Shown: positions 29,989 through 37,094 of the stretch, piece by piece
Position numbering within the stretch: the stretch's first letter is position 1
How the letters are laid out: each line of letters opens with the position of its first letter
Assembly: GCA_020848905.1 (NCBI GenBank)
Contig: JADLHG010000005.1
Coordinates: 3,423-67,422 of the forward strand
Reading direction: 5' to 3'
From: Deltaproteobacteria bacterium
GTDB lineage: Bacteria; Myxococcota_A; Polyangia; GCA-2747355; JADLHG01
Length of the DNA: 64,000 nt
The notes under the pieces: generated by a model
Database searches by the model: none
What the model was told of the DNA's origin: nothing
Seen by the model: the letters and a program-made list of their open reading frames with translations, nothing else
Made by a program: the position numbers and the translations under genes

Positions 29989-30576
29989 ATGGCCGCAGCG
30001 GTCGATGAGAAGCAGTTTATTGAGCGATTACGGGAACTTCTTGTCACTTTGCCGTACGACTTGAAGGTCCTGCACGAGATCCTGTGCGATGAGGATCTCC
30101 CGAAGGAGGCGCGCAGGCTGGCCGCGGGAGCGGTCGTCTACTGCCTTTCTCCGTCGGATCCAATCCCCGATCAGACGGGCCTCGTGGGCTTCGTGGACGA
30201 CGTCGTGCTCGTCCGGTCCGTGCTGCATCGGGTGCTCGAGATGGGGGGCGACGACGCTGCGGACTACCCGGCGCGCTTCGGCGACCAGTTCAACGGCCTC
30301 GCGGAGGATCTGTCCCTCTTCCGCTCACAGCTTGGAAGCAGCATGAACTGGATCGACGCGCGCCTCGAGCGCCTCACCGAGCCCAAGTACAAGGGCAAAA
30401 CGATCGCCATGCTGGTGGACGACGACGAGGCGCGTGAACTCCTCTACGAGGACAGCCTCGCCTTCGGCACCGAGTACGAGATCGACGACGAGAAGGCGCG
30501 CCGACTCGCGAGCGCGAAGCCCGTCGTGGACGCCTTTCGCAAGCGCCAAGAAACGGAAGACCTCCGACGGCGCTGA
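29989..30576 (+). CDS. hypothetical acidic protein
   Basis: Strong RBS AGGAGGAG immediately before the ATG at 29989. It is divergent from the repeat protein and reads straight into murI. Confidence 0.55.
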   Translation: MAAAVDEKQFIERLRELLVTLPYDLKVLHEILCDEDLPKEARRLAAGAVVYCLSPSDPIPDQTGLVGFVDDVVLVRSVLHRVLEMGGDDAADYPARFGDQFNGLAEDLSLFRSQLGSSMNWIDARLERLTEPKYKGKTIAMLVDDDEARELLYEDSLAFGTEYEIDDEKARRLASAKPVVDAFRKRQETEDLRRR

Positions 30577-30584
30577 CGCGCGAC

Positions 30585-31409
30585 ATGTCTGACCTTCGAG
30601 CAGCGCCGATCGGCGTCTTCGACTCCGGTCTCGGCGGTCTCACGGTCGTGCGCGCGCTCGAGAGGGCCCTTCCCGACGAGAGCATCTGCTACCTCGGGGA
30701 CACGGCGCGCGTCCCCTACGGCACCAAGTCCCCCGCCACCGTGGTGCGCTACAGCCTGCAGGTGGCGCACTTCCTCCTCGACCGCGGGGTGAAGTACCTC
30801 ATCATCGCGTGCAACACCGCCTCGGCGCATGCGCTCGAGGCGCTGCAGCGCGAGCTCCCGCTCCCCGTGATGGGCGTCGTCGAACCGGGCGCGCGCCTCG
30901 CGGCGCACCTCACGCGCAGCGGCCAGGTGGGGGTCATCGGCACGCTCGGCACGGTGGCCTCCGGCGCCTACCAGCGGGCGCTGCAGGCCCTCGACCCGAG
31001 CCTCGTCGTCTTCACCCAGGCCTGCCCGCTCCTCGTCCCCCTCGCCGAGGAGGGCTGGATAGACCACCCCGTCACGACGCAGGTGGTGCGGCACTACCTG
31101 CTCGAGCTCCAGGCCGTGGCCGGGGACCTCGACACACTGGTCCTCGGCTGCACGCACTACCCGCTTCTGCGTGGCGCGCTCACCCGGCAGGCCGCCGAGA
31201 TCTTCGGGCACCCGGTCGAGCTCGTGGACTCGGGCGAGGCGGTCGCCGCCGCTGTGGCCGAGGACCTCGCGGCCCGTGGGCTCCGCCGTACGACCCCCGC
31301 ACCGCCTGAAGAGGACCGCTTCCACTTCACGGACGTGAGTCGCTTCTCGGAGCTCGCCACGCGCTTTCTAGGCCGCCCGATCGGCCACCCCGAGCTGGCC
31401 GACCTCTGA
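30585..31409 (+). CDS. murI: glutamate racemase
   Basis: 'IGVFDSGLGGLTV', 'YLGDTARVPYG', 'IIACNTAS', 'LGCTHYP'. Confidence 0.9.
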   Translation: MSDLRAAPIGVFDSGLGGLTVVRALERALPDESICYLGDTARVPYGTKSPATVVRYSLQVAHFLLDRGVKYLIIACNTASAHALEALQRELPLPVMGVVEPGARLAAHLTRSGQVGVIGTLGTVASGAYQRALQALDPSLVVFTQACPLLVPLAEEGWIDHPVTTQVVRHYLLELQAVAGDLDTLVLGCTHYPLLRGALTRQAAEIFGHPVELVDSGEAVAAAVAEDLAARGLRRTTPAPPEEDRFHFTDVSRFSELATRFLGRPIGHPELADL

Positions 31410-31419
31410 CGAGGAACCA

Positions 31420-31470
31420 GGCCCTCGGGGCCCCCCAACGCCCGCTGCGCCGCCCGGCCCCACCTTTTTT
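31420..31470 (+). terminator. putative intrinsic terminator after murI
   Basis: GC hairpins ('ggccctcggggcc'; 'ggggcc...ggcccc') are followed by 'acctttttt'. Confidence 0.45.
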
Positions 31471-31482
31471 CGCCGCACGATC

Positions 31483-31510
31483 TTGACTTTGTACCAATAC
31501 CCTTTATAAG
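31483..31510 (+). promoter_or_regulatory. sigma70-like promoter TTGACT-N16-TATAAG in an AT-rich island
   Basis: Near-consensus -35 and -10 hexamers with a 16-bp spacer. They are oriented toward the small ORF and the HD-domain gene, and followed by a G-rich leader of about 150 nt. Confidence 0.4.
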
Positions 31511-31662
31511 GCTCCCTGACTGTCGATGGGGAGAGGGTAGTGGGGAGTCATTGGTCGCAGAGGGAGTGGATGGATTCGGACGATACGAAACCTCCGTTGT
31601 GTAGCTCACAACCCTAATCCCCCGCACGCCGGCCCAGGCATCGCCCCCGGTCGCGGGGCTTG

Positions 31663-31872
31663 ATGACCGAGGAGAAGTCCCTTGGGGAGTACCGGCGTAG
31701 TACCCAAACTGTGATTTTTTTCGGCAAGGACCGCGTAGACACCAAGCGGCGGGCGCTGGACTACTGGTACCGTGCGCCGCGGCGCGCCGGTGTCACGCTG
31801 CGCGAGTTCCTCGAGCACTGCCGCATGGCGCCGAGCGAGCGCGAGATCACCTTCTACCCGCTGGGTAGGTAG
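31663..31872 (+). CDS. small hypothetical protein (about 70 aa)
   Basis: The frame is GC3-rich and consistent with coding. It lies between the promoter-like element and the HD-domain gene. No strong RBS; a TTG at 31660 is also possible. Confidence 0.4.
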   Translation: MTEEKSLGEYRRSTQTVIFFGKDRVDTKRRALDYWYRAPRRAGVTLREFLEHCRMAPSEREITFYPLGR

Positions 31873-31917
31873 GCGGAGGCGCGAGCGGCGCATCGGGCTT
31901 CGAGGCCCACGGTCGCC

Positions 31918-32871
31918 ATGGAACAGATCATCGCCCAGCGGCGCGAGGCCGAGGAGGCGCTCAGGTTCGCCGCCACCGTGGCCCACGGCGGGGCATCTCC
32001 GTCGGAGGAGCTGGCCCGTCGCGCCCGCGAGGTGGCGGCCGACGCGGGCTCGCTGCCCGGTCCCCTGGCGCAGGGGCTGCTCGAGCAGCTCCTCCTCGGA
32101 CCGCGCGTGGACGAGGGCCTGGAATGGCTGCAGCAGGCGGGGCTGCTCGCCGTGCTCCTCCCCGAGCTCGAGGCCACCGTCGGCTTCACCCAGGAGATGG
32201 GGCGGCGGCACAAGGACGTCTGGAAGCACACCAAGCAGGTCGTCGCGCAGTCCGCACCCCTGCCGGCGGTGCGCTGGGCCGCGCTGCTCCACGACGTCGG
32301 CAAGGTCCCCACGCGGGGCAGCACTCCCGACGGAAAGGTGACCTTCCACGGCCACCCGGAGGTCGGCGCGCGCATGTTCGACCGACTGACGAAACGCCTG
32401 CCCTTCCCGTCGGCGCTGCGGACGCGCGTGCGCTTCCTCATCCTGCACCACCAGCGCGCGAACAGCTACGCGAGCGGGTGGACGGACTCCGCGGTGCGGC
32501 GCTTCGCCCGCGAGATGGGCGAGTCCCTCGACGAGCTGGTCCTGCTCGCCCGCGCGGACATCACCTCCGCCCGGCAAGAGAAGCGCGACCAGGCGGCGCG
32601 CCAGATCGACGAGCTCGTGGAACGCATCCGCGTGATCCGCGAGCTCGACGCGCAGCGGCCGCCGCTGCCGTCGGGGATCGGCGACGTGCTGATGGAGAAG
32701 TACGCGCTCCCTCCCGGCCGCTGGATCGGCGACCTGAAGCGCGAGCTCGAAGCGGCGATCGACCGCGACGAACTCGAGCCGCACCAGGAAGCCAGCTACT
32801 ACGTCGAGCACCTCGAGCGCACCGGTCGCGCGGAGGCCCTGCGCGCCGACGCCGCGAAGGCTCCGCGGTGA
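31918..32871 (+). CDS. HD-domain phosphohydrolase (CCA-adding enzyme/poly(A)-polymerase C-terminal HD-like)
   Basis: 'HKDVWKHTKQV...AALLHDVGK...HGHPEVGA' matches the HD motif. Confidence 0.75.
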   Translation: MEQIIAQRREAEEALRFAATVAHGGASPSEELARRAREVAADAGSLPGPLAQGLLEQLLLGPRVDEGLEWLQQAGLLAVLLPELEATVGFTQEMGRRHKDVWKHTKQVVAQSAPLPAVRWAALLHDVGKVPTRGSTPDGKVTFHGHPEVGARMFDRLTKRLPFPSALRTRVRFLILHHQRANSYASGWTDSAVRRFAREMGESLDELVLLARADITSARQEKRDQAARQIDELVERIRVIRELDAQRPPLPSGIGDVLMEKYALPPGRWIGDLKRELEAAIDRDELEPHQEASYYVEHLERTGRAEALRADAAKAPR

Positions 32872-33587
32872 CCCTGGCTCACGCCGCGCGCGAGCTCTGT
32901 CGGGAGGTGGCGCGGCTTCGCTTCGCCCCCCCCGTGACGCACGTCTACAACCCGCTCGCCTACGCCACCGAGCTCCACGAGGCCTACCTCGCGCGCTACG
33001 GCGCGGGCCCCAAGGAGGTGGTGCTCCTCGGCATGAACCCGGGCCCCTTCGGCATGGCCCAGAGCGGCGTCCCCTTCGGCGACGTGCGCCTGGTGCGGGA
33101 GTTCCTCGGCCTCGACGGCAAGGTGGGCCGTCCCGCGGTCGAGCACCCGGAGCGACCGGTCACGGGGCTCGCCTGCCCGCGCAGCGAGGTGAGCGGCACC
33201 CGCCTCTGGGGAGCGGTGAGGGACCACTTCCGCACCCCCGAGGCCTTCTTCGCGCGCTTCTTCGTGGCCAACTACTGCCCGCTCGCCTTCATGGAGGCCT
33301 CGGGCCGAAATCGCACGCCCGACAAGCTGCCGACCGAGGAGCGCGACGCGCTCTACGCCGCGTGCGACCGACACCTCGTGCGCGTGGTCGAGACGCTCGC
33401 GCCCCGACACGTCGTCGGCGTGGGCGCCTTCGCCGAGCAGCGCGCCCGCGCCGCCCTCTCGGGGCACGACCTCCGCGTCGGCCGCATTCCGCACCCGAGC
33501 CCGGCAAGCCCGGCGGCCAACCAGGACTGGGCCGGCGCCGCCCGCCGCGCGCTCGAGCAGCTGGGCATCTGCGGCGAGAAACGATAA
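32868..33587 (+). CDS. SMUG1-family (family 3) uracil-DNA glycosylase
   Basis: 'VVLLGMNPGPFGMAQSGVPFGD' and 'HPSPAS' are family motifs. GTG start overlaps the upstream stop (GTGA). Confidence 0.75.
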   Translation: MTLAHAARELCREVARLRFAPPVTHVYNPLAYATELHEAYLARYGAGPKEVVLLGMNPGPFGMAQSGVPFGDVRLVREFLGLDGKVGRPAVEHPERPVTGLACPRSEVSGTRLWGAVRDHFRTPEAFFARFFVANYCPLAFMEASGRNRTPDKLPTEERDALYAACDRHLVRVVETLAPRHVVGVGAFAEQRARAALSGHDLRVGRIPHPSPASPAANQDWAGAARRALEQLGICGEKR

Positions 33588-33596
33588 TTTCGGCGC

Positions 33597-35684
33597 ATGG
33601 TGCGCCCCCGCCCCCCGATCCCCGAGGCCGAGCTCGAGGCGATGGACCTTCCCGCGCTCGAGGCGGCGATCCGGCATCACAACCACCTCTACTGGGACCT
33701 CGACCGCCCCGAGATCTCGGACACCGACTACGACCGCCTGGTCGAGCGGCTCCGGAAGCTGGCTCCTGCTTCCCCGCTCCTCGAGAAGCTCGGCCCCGCC
33801 GAGGAGGAACGCTACGGCCAGCCCGTCCCGCACAGCTCGCCGATGCTCTCGCTCGACAAGTGCTACACCGACGGCGACCTCGAGGAGTGGGCGGGCAAGT
33901 TCGCCGGGGAGGTGCTCGTCACGCCCAAGATGGACGGCATCGCCGCGGCCCTCCGGTACGATCGCCAGGGACGGCTCGTCCTCGCCGCCACGCGCGGCCG
34001 CGGGCACGAAGGGGACGACATCACGGCCAACGCAAAGACGATCGCCGACATCCCACACCGCATCTCTCTGGGCCTGCTCGCGCCGGGTCTCCTCGCAGCG
34101 AAGGGGCAGCGCTCGCTCTTCGAGCCCGCCGCCGGCACGCCCGAGCTGCTCGAGGTGCGGGGCGAGATCTACCTGCGTCTGAGCGTCTTCCGCGTCACGA
34201 AGAAGGACCCCGACTCCGACGAGAGCTTCGCCAACCCGAGGAACCTGGCGGCGGGCGCCATCAAGCAGAAGAGGCCCGAGGGGTGCGCGCGCTACCAGCT
34301 CTCCTTCTTCGCGTACGACCTGCTCTACGCCGGACTCCCCACCGAGCAGGCGAAGCTGGACGCGCTCCACGCCCTCGGCTTCCCCGAGCTCGAGCACCGG
34401 CTGGTGGAGCGCTCCGCGCTGCGAGAGGCCTACGCCCACTACGCCGCGAAGCGCGACAGCCTCGACTTCGAGATCGACGGCGTGGTCTTCAAGGCCAATC
34501 GCGTCGACGAGCAGGAGCGACTCGGGAGCACCGCGCACCACCCGCGCTACGCCATCGCCTACAAGTTCCAGGGGGAGTCGGGGACCACGACCCTCGAGGC
34601 CGTGGAGTGGAGCGTGGCGCGCACCGGAGCGGTCACCCCCGTGGCGCTGATCCGGCCGATCACGCTCTCGGGGGCGCAGCTTTCGCGCGCGTCGCTGCAC
34701 AACGCGGGCTTCATCGACAAGCTCGGACTCACCCTCGGCGCCGAGGTCGTCGTCACCCGGCGCGGCGGAGTGATCCCCAAGATCGAGGAGGTCGCCAAGC
34801 CCGGGCACACGAGCGTGACGCTCCCCGAACGCTGCCCCTCCTGCGGCGGCCCGCTCGAGCGCCGCAAGGACGTCCTCTACTGCGTGCGCCCCAGCGCGTG
34901 CCGGCAGGCCCAGATCGGCGTCGTCGCCGACTACTGCCGCGCGCTCGACCTCGACGGTCTCGGCGACGTGCTCCTCGGCGTCTGCTACGACAGCGGCATC
35001 CTGCGCACGCCCGCCGACCTCTATGCGCTCGAGCCCGCGGCGCTCGCACCGCTCAAGACGGGCAAGAAGTCCAAGACCGGCAAGGACCTCACCGTCGGCG
35101 CGAAGGTCGCGGAAAAGATCGTGGCCGACATCCGGAGCAAGCGCACCGTCTCCCTCCCCGTCTTCTTGCGGGCCCTCGGCATCGACGACCTCGGCCCGCA
35201 GGTCTCGCTCGCCCTCGCGCGCCACTACGGCACCTTCGAGCGGCTCGCCGAGGCGCGCCCCGAGGAGATCGAGGCCCTCCACGGCTTCGGCGCGATCATG
35301 GCCCAGTCGATCGTCGAGGGGCTGCGCGAGAAGGCCGAGCTCGTGGGCGCGCTGCGACGGCACGTCACGGTCGCGAGCGAGGAACCGGCCGGCGCGGCGG
35401 CGGAGGGGCCGCTCGCGGGGCAGAGCTTCGTCTTCACCGGCGCCCTCACGACGTGCGACCGCAAGACCGCGCAGCGCAAGGTCCAGGCGCTCGGCGGAGA
35501 GACCCCGTCGGGAGTCAGCCGCGAGCTCACCTACCTCGTGGTCGGAGACGGCAAGGGGGAGGGGGAGAAGGGGGAGGGCACGAAGGGGAGCAAGCTCACC
35601 AAGGCGGAGAAGCTCGTGGCCGACGGCGCCGCGCTGCGAATCATCTCGGAGAGCGAGTTCCTGGCCTTGCTCGGGGAGAAATGA
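33597..35684 (+). CDS. ligA: NAD-dependent DNA ligase
   Basis: Adenylation domain 'KMDGIAAALRY', OB fold, Zn finger 'CPSCGGPLERRKDVLYC', HhH motifs and a C-terminal BRCT domain. Confidence 0.9.
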   Translation: MVRPRPPIPEAELEAMDLPALEAAIRHHNHLYWDLDRPEISDTDYDRLVERLRKLAPASPLLEKLGPAEEERYGQPVPHSSPMLSLDKCYTDGDLEEWAGKFAGEVLVTPKMDGIAAALRYDRQGRLVLAATRGRGHEGDDITANAKTIADIPHRISLGLLAPGLLAAKGQRSLFEPAAGTPELLEVRGEIYLRLSVFRVTKKDPDSDESFANPRNLAAGAIKQKRPEGCARYQLSFFAYDLLYAGLPTEQAKLDALHALGFPELEHRLVERSALREAYAHYAAKRDSLDFEIDGVVFKANRVDEQERLGSTAHHPRYAIAYKFQGESGTTTLEAVEWSVARTGAVTPVALIRPITLSGAQLSRASLHNAGFIDKLGLTLGAEVVVTRRGGVIPKIEEVAKPGHTSVTLPERCPSCGGPLERRKDVLYCVRPSACRQAQIGVVADYCRALDLDGLGDVLLGVCYDSGILRTPADLYALEPAALAPLKTGKKSKTGKDLTVGAKVAEKIVADIRSKRTVSLPVFLRALGIDDLGPQVSLALARHYGTFERLAEARPEEIEALHGFGAIMAQSIVEGLREKAELVGALRRHVTVASEEPAGAAAEGPLAGQSFVFTGALTTCDRKTAQRKVQALGGETPSGVSRELTYLVVGDGKGEGEKGEGTKGSKLTKAEKLVADGAALRIISESEFLALLGEK

Positions 35685-35758
35685 CCCCCTCGCGTTGACG
35701 CCCCTTTGGGCCGCGTCTACACTCTCTGGGCTTCGGCACAGCAAAGGAGAGTCCGCAC

Positions 35759-36949
35759 ATGGGCATTGGCGATTTCCTCAAGCGCGGCGTCGCGGAGATG
35801 ATGGTGGCCCGTCCCGACGAGGCCAAGAACCAGATCATCTACAAGCACCCGGACCGCACCATTCCGACCAAGGCCCAGCTCACCGTCGACTCCGACGAGG
35901 TGGCCCTCTTCTTCAAGGACGGCAAGATCGTCGGGCTCGTGCAGCCCGGGCGCCACACCCTCGAGACCTCGAACATCCCGTTCCTCTCGAACCTCATCGA
36001 CAAGTTCACCGGCGGCAACGTGCTGATGGCCGAGGTGTTCTTCGTCACGCTGCGCGAGATGACGGACTTCAAGTTCGGCGGGCGCATCGGTTCGATGGAG
36101 GATCCGAAGTCGGGCGTACCGGTCGAGACGATGGTGCACGGCACCTACTCGCTCAAGGTGAGCGACCCTCAGAAGCTGCTCCTCGGCCTGGTGGGGATGC
36201 AGAAGGCCGACAACGCCACCTTCACCGGCTGGTTTCGGGATCTGCTGCTGAAGGTGATCCGCGACCGCATCGCCGAGCTGCTGGTGAAGAAGAAGTGGCC
36301 GCTGCTCGACGTCACCTCGGGGGCCTACACCGAGGAGGTGGAGGAAGAGGTCCTCACCGGCTGCAAGCGGCACATCGACGACTACGGCCTGACGATCATG
36401 CGGCTCGGCAACTTCGTCGTCTCCATCAAGGAGGAGGACGAGGCGAACCTGAAGAAGCTCTACACCGACGCGGCGTACATCCGCATGGCGGGCGGGATGC
36501 AGGGCTACCAGCAGTTCGCGGCGGGCAAGGCCATGATGGGCGCCGGGGAAGGGATGGCCAAGGGCGGGGATGGCGGCGGAGGTGGCGGTGGTCTCCTCGG
36601 CGGTGCGGGGCTCGGCGTGGGTTTCGGCCTGGCCTCGATGTTCCAGCAGAACATGGGCGGTCACGGCCAGGCGGCCCCCAGTGGGCCGGGCGGCGGGTTT
36701 CCGCAGGGGAGCGCGGGGGGCGGCCCGGGTCAGGTCCAGGGCTCCGCAGGAATGCCCGCGCCGGGCGGCGGAGTCGCAGGCTCCGGCGTGGCCTGCGCGG
36801 CCTGCGGTGCCACCGTCGCGCCGGGTCGCTTCTGCTCCGAGTGCGGCCAGACGCTCGCCGCGCCCAAGAAGTTCTGCACCAACTGCGGCGGCGAGCTGGC
36901 CAGCGCGGCGAAGTTCTGCGCCGGCTGCGGCACCGCGGCTCCTCGGTAG
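35759..36949 (+). CDS. SPFH/Band-7 domain protein with a Gly-rich linker and a C-terminal triple zinc-ribbon
   Basis: SPFH-like N-terminal 250 aa, then 'GGDGGGGGGGLLGG', then three CxxC-N-CxxC ribbons 'CAACG..CSECG..CTNCG..CAGCG'. Confidence 0.75.
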   Translation: MGIGDFLKRGVAEMMVARPDEAKNQIIYKHPDRTIPTKAQLTVDSDEVALFFKDGKIVGLVQPGRHTLETSNIPFLSNLIDKFTGGNVLMAEVFFVTLREMTDFKFGGRIGSMEDPKSGVPVETMVHGTYSLKVSDPQKLLLGLVGMQKADNATFTGWFRDLLLKVIRDRIAELLVKKKWPLLDVTSGAYTEEVEEEVLTGCKRHIDDYGLTIMRLGNFVVSIKEEDEANLKKLYTDAAYIRMAGGMQGYQQFAAGKAMMGAGEGMAKGGDGGGGGGGLLGGAGLGVGFGLASMFQQNMGGHGQAAPSGPGGGFPQGSAGGGPGQVQGSAGMPAPGGGVAGSGVACAACGATVAPGRFCSECGQTLAAPKKFCTNCGGELASAAKFCAGCGTAAPR

Positions 36950-37094
36950 CTCGCCCCGACGCGAGATCCTTCCCCGCGGACAGTCGTCCGCCCTTCATTC
37001 GACGCTGAGACCAGAACCAAGCAGGGAGCTACGAGCGAGGAGGGGAGAACGACGCCCCCCGGCGAACCGAGGGGCGTCTCTCGTCGAGGCGACC

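Noticed and set aside
31606-32811. 401-aa antisense ORF opposite the HD-domain gene; also 32799..35744 (-, 981 aa) opposite the UDG and ligA genes
   Set aside because: The opposite strands encode unmistakable HD, SMUG and LigA motifs.
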